Source: Ptychomitrium polyphyllum
Taxonomy: Eukaryota
Direction of reading: 5' to 3'
NCBI GenBank assembly: GCA_973851085.1
Contig: OZ316775.1
Location: forward strand, 10,788,001-10,852,000
Length of the DNA: 64,000 nt
In this document: positions 13,101-28,630 of the stretch, piece by piece
How the letters are laid out: every line of letters begins with the position of its first letter
Position numbering within the stretch: position 1 is the first letter of the stretch
Notes under the pieces: model-generated
The model's database searches: none
What the model saw: the letters and a program-made list of their open reading frames with translations, nothing else
What the model was told of the DNA's origin: nothing
Translations under genes and position numbers: made by a program

Positions 13101-15494
13101 ATTCATCCGTGTTTGTGACTTCTAGCGTCAACAGCAGTGAATGCAATCGATCATAACAGAATTTTAAACTCTTTTGGTCGATGCCGGCTTGATTCTGCAA
13201 GAGTTAGAACGTGGCAAACAGTAGGGTCACAATTTTTACGCATTCTATGCACGGGCAATATACAAAACTCTCAAAATTTCAACTATTTGTTTTAATCACT
13301 TGAAAAACAACAGATCTCCAAAATTTGTGCTTCCCTGCAAGTGATTAAAGAGTAAATTGTATGATTTCTAAGAATGATGCCACCGCTTGAAGACAAAGAA
13401 TGCACATAGTAGGTGATCAGTACCTGCAGCGAGGTTACGAAAGAAACTGGGCTCTCGCTCTCCACTTGTTCAGTATTCATCCGAGTTTTAATGTACTGCA
13501 CTAGCCGCTTCAAGAAAGCCACAAAATGCTCTGCACGCCGAATGTTACCAGGTACGGCTTCTTGCAGTATGTCTTGTGGCAATGCTGGGTTAGCTAACCA
13601 TGTATCAGTTCCTGCAGGTCACCAGAACGATCGCACATTCTAAAATTTTGAAGCCGCAGAATTCAACGTCAGAGGAACGAAAAATATAATCATCCAAGAG
13701 AAGCACACCACTTGCTGCACGACTAAATTATGTCCAAAAGAAAGAAAGGAGGTGCACCAGCTAGATTGCCACGTTGGGCTAAGCCCTCAACTAATCTGTT
13801 GTACTCTTGACGAAGCCGATTTGCATCTGTAGCCTTAGACCTGCATGTTGCAATTCTCTGTTGATGCTTAGCTACGAAATTGGTGGCCTCACAACATCCA
13901 GCATACAACTTTAAAAGATGCTAACAACACATACGTACTACAACCACGTGAACAAGCCATGCAATTCATAACAAGAACGATGTTCTAAGACATAGAAACA
14001 AGCATGGTAGCTTAACGGAGTCGATGCTGAAGTCGATACGTGATCAATGCAAAGCTTTGAGCTCTGAGTACTACAACATTATTGTCTAATGATACATCCG
14101 TCCGTAAGGACTCATGTCCGTCGCAATTATACAGCATCAACAACATAATTCTTACGCTCAGAGACACTCAGAGAGATTCAAGAACTTACTTCTCAATAAG
14201 CTGAGTAACTTGGTTGAGGTTACGTGTGGCACCGTCAAGAGTTTGCTGCCGAATGTTCACGCTCAAAGCCTCAATACACACGTTGTCAATGTTGTGGGCT
14301 TCATCAAATACAACCACGCACTCTTTTTCCATTTCTTTTGAGATAATTCCAGCCACTTTCGGATCTAAAAGATATTGGTAATTATACACCACCACGTTGG
14401 CAAACTGGATCATGTGACGAGCCAGAAAGTATGGGCACCATCCTTTCTCTCGTCCAAAACCCCGTAGATCATGCAAGGTGTACACGCCCGATGGGAGAAG
14501 TGCATCAGCACCCCCTCTATCATAGCCTTCATAGAATGAACATAGTTCAATATTGGGATTGTCCAAAGCCAAAGACCTCACCCAGGAGGCTGTCAATTTC
14601 CTACAACCTGCATCCACACTCTCCCTAGATCCTTCACCACTGATCTGCGGAGAAAAACCCTAATATATTAACAACTAATTCTTCCGTTTTCCTTCCATAA
14701 GGCGACAGCGGAATAGAGTCTCATACCCTCGATTAAGAACAAAGATCAGAAGAAAAACCTTTGTACAACAATAATAGGATCGAAACACAATCGTCACAGA
14801 TCGTGCTGCAAACCCTAACCCCTAAACCCTATGCCTTAAGTAAGAGTTCAGAATAGGTTTTCATTTTCTATCAAACCTTACTCAATATTCAGAACGTACT
14901 TACTGCATGCAATCTTCAAACATGCCCGACTGAATGAATCTTTCCAAACAATGCTCGTATCATTTCATAATTTCAAAAACGTTAAGCTCAAGACCTAAAC
15001 TAGAGAGAAAACGTAAGAGATTCTGCAGTTGCAAATAACAACGGACGAGGTTCAACAATCTTGCACCTAGATTCCATGAACACAAATTCTCACATCTTAT
15101 GCATCAAAACGACGGACATCTACAAACGCATTATTACCTCCGGGTGAATACAGAGGTTTTTCCGAGAGCTCAGTCCGAGAGCAAGCCTCTTCGCAGCTTT
15201 GCCCACAGACTTCTCCTGATAAGCCTGCAACTTCCGAAGCTCCTCTAGCACCTTCTCCATCTCGTGCACAGTTCGCGTGCAATAAATGAGCTTCCCTACT
15301 GCAGGATTGACAAGCATGTAGCTTGTAATCAGAGAGAGTAGAGTGATGGTCTTGCCTGTTCCCGTGGGCATCTCCAACAAGCAATGTCCCCTCGCATCCA
15401 GCGTCCTCTTAAGATCTAACATGTAGTCATACTGCTCCGGATAAATGAACTCATATGGAAAGTAGACTGTGAGGCCCTCGATTTTAAACTTCAT
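10110..15494 (-). CDS. XPD: TFIIH helicase subunit XPD (ERCC2/RAD3/UVH6)
   Basis: N-terminus [22 protein letters not shown], Walker [14 protein letters not shown] box (FDEAHNID), [15 protein letters not shown] and [14 protein letters not shown]. 13 frame-compatible GT-AG exons: 15494-15138, 14644-14190, 13840-13758, 13611-13424, 13194-12979, 12693-12500, 12292-12112, 11918-11794, 11483-11394, 11098-11020, 10837-10761, 10547-10439, 10208-10110 (ends ...LERMEMK*). Confidence 0.97.
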
Positions 15495-16401
15495 CGTTGC
15501 AGCTTCTCTACGCCCAGGAATTCAACACAGTCAGGAATTCCCCAACCCCCAATTGAAGCGCTAAATACTTGCTTCGCAATCTGATCGCTGCACAGCTGGA
15601 AAAAAGCTACCGCTCTCAGAAATCCCACGAAATTGCGCAAGTGCTCCTGTAACGCAACCAATTGTAGGGCGAAGCTGAACCTAAACGAACGAGATCGGAT
15701 TCTAATTAGGTCACAAGGTTGGCAATTACAAAAAAATAACCCTCACGACACCCCAGCGGTCGCACAAAAGCTTTGGAGATAAATCACAACCTCGCAACCT
15801 CGCAACCTCACGAAACCGCTGCACACGCATTGCAAATCATGTCAGAATCTCTCCTGCGCATCCAACGAGCCTCGCAACTACTAGAATCATGCTGAGGTGC
15901 AGTTCGGGAAACAACAACGCCTCCAAATTCTAGATCTTAAAGCAAAAAGCCGTCTCAGTTCAAATACTTAAGTTACTGACATAACCCAAAAGTATACTCG
16001 TCAAAGATCCAGCGTTGCATATGAGTATTCAAGTGCCCATGTCACCTTCAACATCAAGATGTGGTGAATCGGCCACCCAACCCACATACAAAATACATAT
16101 TCCAACGAAGACGACTCTCCTCTATATGTGATGAATTCGACGCCTATTAGTGATGAGACGCACCCAGAGGCTCAAACAAGGAGGCGTGGGTGTCAATCTT
16201 CCGGGTGGACCCGCCCTACTGGAACTGTGCTCCACAAAAGCAGCGGATGAATGTCACGGTGTCAAAGGCACGACGAAGCCCTAAGGGGGCGGAAGTATAA
16301 CATGCGGCACGAACCCTAAAGGATCTCTTCTTTTTGTCCTCTGTTCCGGCAACGACGCACCCCTTGAGCTGCTGAGCCCCGAGGAGGAGGGGCTTGCAGC
16401 C
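15495..16401. promoter_or_regulatory. Divergent (head-to-head) intergenic/promoter region between XPD and ubiquitin-RPS27a, with telo-box-like motif
   Basis: About 0.9 kb separates the opposite-facing ATGs. AACCCTAA at ~16312 and GAAGCCCTAAG at ~16274 lie just upstream of the ribosomal-protein gene; telo-boxes are typical of plant translation-machinery promoters. Confidence 0.5.
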
Positions 16402-16992
<591 letters not shown>

Positions 16993-17917
16993 GTAGAGGG
17001 TGTCGGGGGTTGTGGAAGTCGGTTTTGAGGGCTGAGATGATGGTGTTCGAGTGCAGGTGCTAGTCGAGGCAGTGTTTATTTCAATGATTTTGGAGGCTGG
17101 AGATCGTGTGGAAATAAAAAAAAGTTTGCTCGTTATCGACGCGCGGATAATTTTTCAGCTACAGTCGGAGTTTTCAGTCTGAACTCTGCGGTTCTCGCCT
17201 CATTCGATTTTTGTACACATCTTTAATTGGATATCTATTGATGAGTTCTACATCATTTATCTCCACTTGTGTGAAGCTTCTTCAACCATCGTGCTTCGTG
17301 AGAAACGAACCTTTCTACACACTTCAGAGCATCATTTCTATTTATACTACATAAAACCTCACTTTCTGCTTAATTGGTGTGGTACATAAGTAGTGGGAGC
17401 CTGGAGACTGGAGGTTTCAATGCACTCAAACGGTGGAATGTCAAAGGTTGAGTCGATCTGTAGATTATCTGGATTTTCCCGTAACAAACCCCTGCACAGT
17501 TCAGTACACATTGAAAATGAAATCAGACCCATCTATCATAAGTTCTACAAAACTGTATTTAGGGATGTAGATTTTTATGATCTTGACAGCCACTTACACA
17601 AGTATTCGTGGACAAGAACGAACAGCTGATCTGACAGTCGAAAATCCCCATGTAATATCTGAACACCCGAAAAAGTATCGAGAGTTAGAAATGTTGTGCT
17701 ACTGAACGCTGGCTTCTTAACAATCTGAAGTTTCATGCACTGTGTACTTTGATCATAGATACAAGAATTGCTTGGAACCAAAAAAGTAGAATTGATCATA
17801 CCAATCTACACGGTGATCCCAGTTGTAAGTTTCAAGAACCTTCGGTCAGCCGATTGACGCCGCATTCTGACTGCCACAGTGGTCGTTGGTGTTTGTGTTC
17901 ACTGGTGGCATTGAATT

Positions 17918-20900
17918 CTACGACTGAACGGGAATCATATTCTCCCGCTTCTCAGAGAAATGGCCAACATTCACGTGAAGGGGGCCCGTCTCTAGACGAA
18001 TTGCTGAATTTTGCCTGCCAGATCTGTCCTGTCGCTTCTCATGAGGAAGATGAGCTTCATGCACAGATTGCTTAGTCTCCTGAGTGTGCAACTTGCGGCC
18101 GATCATTGGATCGTTTAAAGATGTCCTAAGATAGTAGCAACTCTGCTGGTTAGGAATAGGTCCCTCCTCAGATGCCTCTGAGTTCGTGCTTTCGCCTTCA
18201 GCTTGATCTCTTGCGTTGGACTTGGCTTCACCATGTCGAGTCATGTTGCGAAGACCACCACGGTTGGGTCGAGCTGCTGTCTTTGGCCGGTTCGGAGAGA
18301 TGAAAACGCGGGAGCGTCTTTTTGGGGAGAACACGGCTTTGTTGTTGCGTCTCGGTAAGGTGGGAAACCGGTTTCGAGGTGACTGGCTACAGCTGTTAAG
18401 TTCTGGATTGTGCTGCGGCGTCTGTGTGGCAGGTGGATTGTGCCCACATTGATTGCCGGTGATAGAGTGTGGCCTGGTACTTAAACTGCCGCTGTTGGAT
18501 GCTGTTAGCATACGGAATACTTTTACAAGCTCTGCTCCGAGGGCACCGCACTTGCTCTCGGCCAGGGCAGCTCCCTCAACCGCGGATTGCATGCCCACAG
18601 AAACACGATCTACCTTGCTATCCAGGAGACTGCAAGTTGAATTCAATATAGACGACGACTAGATTAGGTCACAGATAGACTGGTTTTTAAGGCCCAATTG
18701 TCGTCTACCAATGAAATGAAGATAAAGGTGTGGACATCGGCGCACCCACCGTAGGTTGGTAAATGTTGCTGATGCTACGTGCTCAATACGGCTCTCCAAT
18801 CCTAGCAAGCGGGAGTCAGTTGCAGACTCGTGGCCCCCAACCAAAGCACCAGTATGCTCCGTCATATACTCCATTTTCCTGCATGTGTAGCTGCTTCATT
18901 AGAACATTCACTAACATCCTCTCTACTCTCTAATTAATTTTTCTACGGTTTCTGGATTTTGAACGCGTGTTAGAGCTCTTAGTCTTGGACACTTCATGAG
19001 CAGGAAGAGAAAGAAAAACCTGAAAAGTTGGATGTAGCTTGCAAGTGAGGGGAAACAAAGCGAAGTATACCAAGAGACGTACCTCTCCAGTGCCTCGACG
19101 CTTTGGCTGAGTGACCCCATTCCTTGCTTGCGAGCATCAGCGCTGTCAGTGTACTCTACCTTCAAAGATAATCCTGGGCTCGGCTGACCCGGCCCACGGA
19201 TACGCTCCAACTGTGCCACGCGGGTTGCAACCTCGCCGACTGCCTGGAGTTGGACAAATAATAAGCCCCAGATGCTCATTGCAAAATTGTCATGCTATAG
19301 GATCTCCTTGCGAAATAGAACCGTCTACAAAAAATCTAGTACCACATGTTGTAGGAATGGAATACATTGCATGGTTCGTTGAATTGTAAATATACCTGGC
19401 AGTGGACGCGGTCACTGCTCTCAACGCGCTCATGAAGATCTCGGAGCTCTTGGCTAATGTCCTCCATGGCTGCACTAGACGATACGAGCTCTTTCAAGCC
19501 TTCTACTTTTGTCTCGGCAATGCGGCTAATGCGCTGTACAAGACCCTCGTCACAGCTGAAGCCCTCAACTTTTTCCTCTACACGCTCTACTTTGGAGGAG
19601 AGGTCGTTGACAATGCGGGCAGCAGCTTCGTATCGAGGTAACCAAGTACTGACGGTTTTCGCAAGTTCACATGTGTTGGAGCTCACTTCCTCGACGGAGT
19701 GGACCAGGTCGTGTTGGGCTCCTTCGCACTTCTTGAGCCTTTTCCTCACTTCTGTGTAATCTCCACAAGCATCTAGCACTCTCTTCTCCACGACTCGCAC
19801 AACCTGTGTTCAATAAAAAATTTGTTCAAATTGGGTGTCATTCTTAAATTTTTATATTCTAATGCAAATTGGCGTTATTTCAAAAAGAATTTCCTTCACA
19901 AAAATTTCGTCATGAGAAAATAAGTCTTACAGGGTAATAATAAGCTTTTCAGAATACTTTGATAAAATACTGATATACGATTGGTATCCAGAACTATTAA
20001 TTGCTCGGTCAAAGACATAGTGCTTTTATGAAGGAATATTTATCACCTGATTAATTTGGCTTATTTCGCAGTTCCAACGTTGTTCCTTCCGCTCGTTATC
20101 TTGCTGCTTAAGGATCATACGTCTTTTCTTTTCTTCACTATAATGTTCTTTATAATCTTGAAGTTCCTTCACCATTGCAGCAAGGCCGCTAATCGACTCC
20201 TCTGTCTGCAGAGATAAATCGTACAATACTTAGTACGTGCTTTGTTTTTCTGCACATCTCAAAGAAAGTATGCCGCTCAAATCATATTACATGTAAGTAT
20301 ACTCCCTTCGCAATTCAGTTATAAAGAAAAAATGAAAACCATCTTCCTCAATACACGTACTCTAAAGGGAGTAGAGGCAGTAGATTAGCTGCACCTCAAA
20401 GGTATGCAGCAAGGAGCTTAAAAAAGCTGTATTTTAGACAAACTTACCTGCACTACGTAGTTCTTCAGATCAGGCTGGTCTGCGAAGCCCAAGGATGACA
20501 CCTGGAGGCTTGGATGGTCTGGTTCAAATGATGTGTGCCGCTGTAACTGCTTTTGCAGTTCACCTGCTACTTCCTTGGCTTTGGAGATTTCAGTATTCAA
20601 GGCTTGTTTCCAGCCATTTATGGCGAGCTCAAGTTCTTCACTGAAACTATCCTGTACATTATATTTGTGCTTGATGGCCATTTCTCGGTCACGCTCCAGC
20701 CCTACTTTCTCATTTTCAAGACCCTCCTACATACCATTTGGAACCTTCTTGTAAATACGAAGTGCACAGTACTAGGAGGACCGAATTGTTAAAAGTCCCA
20801 CTTGAACTTACTTATATCGAAAAGGTTCGGTCTTCCTTTCCATCATAGTATTAGTACAACCATACACATATAGATATGTTGTACCTGGAGTTGCAAACTC

Positions 20901-23900
20901 ACGTGTCGGACCTTAGCCATCTCCAAGTCGTAAGTATTCAGTATCTCCGCCAAAACCTCCCTTGCCTTCATGGCCGAGGAAGTTGCCTCTGAAGCAGCTT
21001 GGGATGCTGCATCACGCTCTTTCTGGACTACCATCAAGGCGGTCAGTAATCTGGAGCTTTCTCTTTCTAAGTAATCTTGCAATTCCTTGTGCTTTTGTCG
21101 TGCTTCTTGGACAATGACAAGAGTGGCCTCTTTTTCCTTCTGTAGTTCCTGGCTCACCTTCCGAGCCTCGTACATTGCTGAGTCCACAATTTCCTTTTCA
21201 GCCATCATATTATCCTGCACGCACAATCGACACATCGATTCACACCTCAGACTGCATAACAATATTCAGTTTGGAACCGAGCGTACGGAGTCTTTGAAAA
21301 TCAGTCTCAAAGTCACCAATATTGCTCACCTGGAATTGTTTGATCCTATGATGAGTATTTTGCATCTCGTTGTCGATACTTACAGTCACGTCCATTAACA
21401 CCGTACTAGCTTTGGTTGCAGACATGGAGGCATCGGCAGCAGCAGCTGCAGCGACATCTCTCTGAATCTCGGCTGCTGAAATTATCTGTATTAGATCATC
21501 AGCTCCTTCCTGCTCAAAGGCCATAGCAGACGAGAAATTGTCATATCCAATACTTTCATGTTGCCATCTGAAAGAGTCCAACTACCAGACAACTAAATCC
21601 GAAACATTCGAAGGCGGTATTCCACAGACTTGACACTAAAGTTTCAATGGTTGACACAGCCAGGATTAAATTTTACCACGTTGTTCAGTGACACTTCAAG
21701 ACCGTAATAGACCTTTCTGGGATACAGCCTCCATTACGAATTTAAACAGAGAACGTACCTGCGTTCGGCTGAGCTCGTTTTTCAAGGTATCAAGGTCTTG
21801 CTTCAGAGATTCAGTCATAAGGACTACTCTTTCATGAGTACTCTGCAACCACTTCTGCACGTCAAGTTTCAGAATATTAACAATTTCGCCCTTGTTGCTA
21901 ACAAGCAATTCCTTCACTTGCCGCTGGATTGCCTCACTCTCCCGCTCAAATGTCTGCTGTACGAGACCGCGCTCGATCTCCACCATCTCTGAAATCTCAC
22001 CTCGAAAGTGATCCAGCTCATCTAGAAGCATCTGCCATGTACCATCCCAAAACATACGACGAACTACAATTAAAACCCCAGAAAAGCATAGATAATCTTG
22101 AACTGAGAAACGAATCGAAAATGGACAAAATGCACCCTGAGTATTCAGGCTTTTACAGTAAGGCTTCTAATTGTGCTTTTGGCTGACCTGTTTGGATGCG
22201 AAGTTGGACTCTTCTGGTTTCTGTTTTCTATACTCATTCCATTGATTTTCTAACTCCTGAATTCGATCTCTACAGTGGAATTTCACATTAAAAATATCTC
22301 CTTTGACCTCCTCCAAGCCACCCAAGTAGCGCTGTGACAAATCCTCAACTCTTTCCATGATCATTATGCGCTCCTGACCACCTTCAACTTGCAACGTCCC
22401 CGTCTGCCGCTCCAAATCTTGTGTCTCGTCGTGCAACTTTGCTAGTCCTATTTGAACATTCTCTAATTCCCCCTGCAAGTTGTTCACAGCAGGTACAGTC
22501 TCAAATATCTCCTTCAGATGGCAAATATGTTCATCTATAAGCACTTAAAAAACAAAGCTTGACAATGTCGCCCAAGGAACACCTGATAATGTATCTCTCC
22601 GACAGCAACAGAATTTTCAAATAAGACCCGTACCTTCACCCAAGTATCTATCTAACTTCAAAATTGATACAAAAGAGGCTATAACTGACAAGCAATAAAA
22701 TATCTCGGTTGAAGCTGGAGTGTAAGCACCTTCATGAGCTTCTCCACTTGCTTAAGACTCTGGATCTCCAATTTCATGTCGTTGCCCTCCCCCTTCAACT
22801 TATCCATTGCTAGCCTCAGGTCCTCTCTCTCCACTCGGAAGTCTTCAGTTTCCAACCTAACCTGCAGCATGACAACAAACGTGGTCCACTCTGTTTCAAC
22901 TTGATAATTTGGAATACGTGCAGCAAAACAGAAAATTGAGATTTCACTGATGGATGAAGCTCATTATCTCCGGATACTTAGATCTCTTCTGCTGTGACCA
23001 CTTGCTCAAGGCCACTGATTAATTGTGTATTGGCTTTTCCAAACCCCCTGAGACATCATGAGTCTGATGAATAACTGATTCATGGAGTCACAACTTTGAA
23101 GTTGATGGTATCACTCATCGAACGGACTGCCGAATATCATTCTATGCTTGGGTCCAATTGCGCAATTTTCTAGCTATCACTTGCATTGTTTTTCCTTCTT
23201 CAGTGTCTACGTTAAATATTCATGAAAAACGCAACATGGAGTAATAAGGTGGAAGATGGCTAACGGATGGCTAACCTGAACACCCTCATTCTTGAGAGAT
23301 TGCAATTGCTTGCGAAGGTAACCATTCTCGGACTTCAACATTTCATGCTCTCGATTGGCATGTTCTTGCGCTTTTTGAGTCACAGATGTAAGGTGCTCAA
23401 CATGGTCTTGCATCTCCTGCCTACTCTTCACAAGAGCATCCATTTCAGCCCACAAAAGACGAATCTCATCTTTCATGTCTACAGAGCTTCTGGTATCGAC
23501 TTTTTGTGCCTTAAGCTGCTTCTCTATCCTCTCCTCCACCATCACTTCTACCTGAGTTGTAAGACGCATTGTATTTCCGTCGTCACCATACAGAAATACG
23601 ATCATATATCTGCTGTGGTACTGCATATATCCTACTCTAGTAACAACGCACATACTCTAGCAATTACAAATTGAGCCAATATACCTCGTCTCTTTCTTGG
23701 CACCGAATTCTCTCCATCTCCGCCATGAAATCACCCAGTTTCACCTTCATTTCATTACGAAGGCTGTGCTTGGTTGCTAAGATCTCATCATCCGCTTCTT
23801 CCTTCAAATTTTCAAGCTCCCTTTCTAATCCCTCCACACGGCCCCTCCACCCTTGTTCGTCCACCTCCAGCCGTAATTTCATTCCCTTCACCGATCCCTT

Positions 23901-25902
23901 CAATTCGCCAAGCACGCGCTGAATGTTGTTCAGCTTATCGTCCTTCGCTTCCAATGATGCATCATTCTGCAAAGCATTTATCAAAGATCGGCTGCTAACT
24001 CGTCAGTACCAATTTGTGAAAGTTGTCTGTCAAATTTCGTAAAACATTTTGAGCTTTACCAGTAGAGGCTGCATCAGTAGTGATCTTAGAAATATCGTAA
24101 CCAGCTCCAACAAGAGAGCAGATTACCTCGGTGTCATTCTGGAGGTCCGGATATGAGAGCTGGTCATTTAGTGTAGTGACCATAAATGGAAGCCTTTCCG
24201 CATCTTGATGGGCTGTCAAGTGAAGCTCAGGATTCGAGTTGAACATGGCAACAGATCTGGGGTCTGGCGGTCTCAACCTTGAGCCCCCATATAGTTGTGT
24301 CGGATGAGCAAGAGATGGGTAGAGCGACGATACGGAAGGTCCAAATCGATTCTTCACAAGTCGGGGTGACGGCCGAGGAGGCCCATGAGGGCTAATTGGG
24401 GAATTAGCAGCCGCAGGCAAAAAGATTTCAGGCGCAGATCCGCCCGTCAAGGTCGTTGAAAGAAGACCCAACCCCTTGCCCAACTCATTCGAAGACCCTG
24501 TACCCTCAGCAGTAATTTTCTCGAGACGGTCGTGCTGACTGGAGCCATTTCCAGCGGCTTTGTTAACAGGAGTTAACAATTCAAGGTTGACTAACCCAAG
24601 CTGGGAGTCGGGTGAAAACTTCTTCAGTTTCTGAATATAGTGTGAGAGAGGCAGGGAGCTCAGGGATGATTCCGATGAAGACCCACTTCTAGTAGCGGTA
24701 GCGGATGGGCTCCTTTGTGATGCCTGTGCACTGCCAGGTTCATCGTCGTGCCCTCCCCTGAGCCTGTTCGTGCGAGGTGAGTCTATTTGGGTGCCACGCA
24801 TAGCTGAAACTTTTTCCTTGTGGGTGTTAGCACGCGGGGCCCTGTTTCTGCCATGTTTGCGTTCGTTAGCGTAGCCAGCAGCCAAATCCATCTCGTTCAC
24901 CAGCTGACGCTGCAATTTCTCAGCCATGCCCTGAAGTTCAGCTTCTCTTAGGCTGATTCTAGAGCCATGAGCTTTCTCGGTAAGAATTTGCATGTCACAA
25001 CGGAAGTGTTCGCAGTCCTCCTTCATTCCTCGTAATCCGGGGGCCAAGACTGCAGGCTTCTTCTGCTTGGACTCGCCTTCATTGACCTCTACCTCATCCA
25101 AATTCTCACCAACTTCCTTTGGTTTGCATTGCGTCACCACACCTTGCATTCTCCGCGGTGCAGACGATGGGCGATTGTCCACCCTTCCCTGGACGTTATG
25201 CCTACGCTTTGACTGCGATATCTTTGTCTGCGATATCTCACACTCATCAAAACCGCCATGTATCCTTTCAGATTTTCTTACAAAATCACCTTTCCACTCC
25301 CGCAATCCATTGCCTCGAGACCCATTTCGTCGAATATCCTCCTGCAAATTCTTCCTTCTATGATTCGTACCATCGGAAGCACTGCTTTCATCACCATAAC
25401 CAGTTCGAAAAGTAACACGAGAATTATCGTCACTTGTCTCATTCCAGCTTCGTTCTTCCTCGTCCTGGTTGGTTCCCACAGCACCCACATTGACGCTATT
25501 CTCTTGCTCCAGAAGGTTTTCTCGACCCTCGCCAGGTCGCAACGTCTTTGCTGGTGATCTACTTGAAGCTAGTGGTGGTTTTGGATATCTGCTAATTTGT
25601 CTTCCATACGTTTTGCTGGGTGGACAAGGGCAAGTGGGTTCCAAGCGACCCGAGTTTTCGAGTTCCCCGATCCGTTTAGCGGCCTCAGGAAGATTGGCAT
25701 GCAGCTCTAGAACCTGCTTGTCCTCTTGAAGATTACGAAAATTCGGATGTGCGGAAATGGTTTCTGAAACCAAGGAGGTGAAGGTTTTGAGGTGCTGCAG
25801 TTCTGCTGTTGCAAAGCCTGATTTCTGTGCTTCAGTTGCTTTCGCCAAACATAACTGCGCATTGCGGCAGTAAAATGTCAAAGGAAGAATTGCTCCATCC
25901 AT
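17918..25902 (-). CDS. Large (~1800 aa) protein: putative N-terminal AMSH/USP8-dimerisation (MIT-like) helical domain, long S/R/P-rich disordered region, extended coiled coil, basic disordered tail
   Basis: About 14 exons reconstructed from GT-AG sites (approximate): 25902-24127, 23966-23685, 23551-23276, 22861-22730, 22512-22188, 22032-21760, 21581-21330, 21213-20885, 20727-20448, 20205-20047, 19803-19396, 19243-19083, 18878-18750, 18629-17918. Most introns are phase 0, and the exons encode heptad-like E/K/L/Q sequence. Confidence 0.75.
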
Positions 25903-28039
25903 GCTTCATCAGCACCGGTAAATATTCTGCGTGGACATAACAAAGAGGCCATTCAAAATCCTAGCAATTCTAATGAAGAAAATGAAATTCAGCATTCAAT
26001 ACAAGTTGCAAAAACAAGTGTCAGATTTAACTCCATTATCAAACAAGAATTAGGGCTGCATTTAAAGTAGTCTCGAATTGGACAAAGTTGCGCTTCTGTA
26101 GAGATTCGAGAACAGAGTTTCAAAAGACTAAGTCAAACATGCTCTTCGGCAAGTTAGTTTGAATAAAATGAAAGAATGCTGAGGAGCGCTTACAGCACAG
26201 AAAAATCAGAAGCTGGCCAACAGTGAAGTTCGCCCCCCTCTGCCCACCAAAACCGACAGCCGCTGAATCATGACCTAAAACCGGTACAGGAAAAAGAGAA
26301 GACGTACACCCAACAATCTACAACAACTCGCCGATCTGTTGCACGCTATAAACTTCACCCCAAGTCGACGCCAGAGAGCTCACGTCTGAACCACCAAATC
26401 GTTCACGAATTTACAACGAACTCGAACTTCTCACACAAGGCAAGCTGGCTGCATGCCATCTACGACCGACGAAGGTCATCGGCTCGTCTCTCCTACAAAA
26501 TGACACCGTTGTCTTAGAACGAAGGCATTGTAAACTCTGTCGTGCACTTGAAAGATTGCAACCCACATTGTATGCGCAGTGATGTTCAGTCATCCAACTC
26601 GTACTGGAATTCTTCAAGCACCAAAATTGGCAACTACCGACTACTTCAAATCATTCTCCGTGTTTGGCAGACTGTTCCGCGCAGGATAAACCAAAGACAA
26701 GGGAGGAGCACCCATCGGGGCAAAGAGCTGCAGAAATTGGGTACACCAGTTAAGAAAGATGGTATTGGAGGCAGCAAGGAGGGGTAAAAAGGAGCATAAT
26801 AGAGAGGGGACTGAGAGTCCCGATGTAGCGACAACAGCGAGCTGCTTAACCGTTTTAGTTGCCATCTGGCACAAGTCGTTAGTTATCCAGGAACCAGGCC
26901 TGCTGATATGTGTCCTAGAGCATGGCATCAGATACCACATCCACGTACGGCACTGCAACAAAAGCAGGGTTTACAAGACATGCCTGTTTATTGCTTCACA
27001 TCAAATGTGCTCCCAAACATTCAACTGTCACTCTGAAGGTCACGGTGGGCGCCCCCAAGTAGGTCAAGGAGAAAACCAAGATCACATGGCTGAAAAATTT
27101 AATGAAGTACAGGTTGTGGGGATAGGCCGCTCTCTCGACCTGGTACTCTGATCATAAATTCGAGTAGCTGGAAACTTAATGAACTCGTACGCTTCCTACC
27201 ACGCACACAGCAGAGACAAGCAGCCGCAGAGATTTCAATAACCAGCACATGATCACAACAAAGGTGTCACAAGGAACAGTTGGTCTACAAAATGCATATG
27301 CTACATGCGGAACACCCCGAATACCTGCAAACAGCAGAGAACACCGTTTCATTCGACAAAGAAAGAGGTCGAACAATAATTCACAATAAGGAGAACGGGC
27401 TCTGCCCTAATATCGCCCTTTGAAACCAAACATTCGTTCGACTAAGCCAAACAATGTAGCAAAATAACTGACGAGTGTTAAAAATTTCAACTCCGAATCA
27501 AAAAGAGTAACATTAAACGCATGTGAAATATGCAGCACCAACTTCCAGATTTGCTATGACAAAGGTATACACGAAGCTATAACTCCACCTACGTAAACCA
27601 CATATTCCTCAAAAGTTCTCAACCCCAATATTTGGTTCGCGCAGCCGCTAACAATTAATGCCCAAAGCTTCAAACAATTGCCACCGAAACACAATTAAAT
27701 CCTTCATTCACCACCCAAGCCGACAATCCACAATAGCCATACAGCAGCAAGGTGGCGCAGAAAAGAGAAAACATGTGAACATAATCCAAACGATTTCAGC
27801 AATTCAATGAGTGGGCGGAGGAATAAAAGACCATGCAATCCAGGAGTCCATTCGACGAATTCGAAGACATATACACAAAAGTTCTGCGTGAAATTCAACA
27901 AGCGAACTCAAAAACTTAACTAACATGATCTCCGGCCTCCAAAATCATTGAAATAAACACTGCCTCGACTAGCACCTGCACTCGAACACCATCATCTCAG
28001 CCCTCAAAACCGACTTCCACAACCCCCGACACCCTCTAC

Positions 28040-28630
<591 letters not shown>

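Noticed and set aside
14650..14835. AAACCCTAA telomere-like repeats in XPD intron 1
   Set aside because: Only 2-3 imperfect units, consistent with common telo-box motifs rather than an interstitial telomere.
16079..16200. USE-like CCCACAT, TATA-like element and two RTGATGA (box C-like) motifs suggesting a sn/snoRNA
   Set aside because: No properly placed CTGA box D or terminal stem, and no similarity to known U snRNA 5' ends. An Rfam/Infernal scan would settle it.
23967..24126. Stop at 23995 ending the 635-aa ORF, suggesting a separate gene or a frameshift
   Set aside because: It falls inside a plausible phase-0 intron (GAG|GTAATC at 24126 to TTGCAG at 23967) that joins the ORFs.
26400..27900. 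Several 60-130 aa ORFs between the spacer gene and RPS27a copy 2
   Set aside because: No recognisable motifs and no consistent exon chain. Probably promoter/UTR or non-coding, though a lncRNA cannot be excluded.
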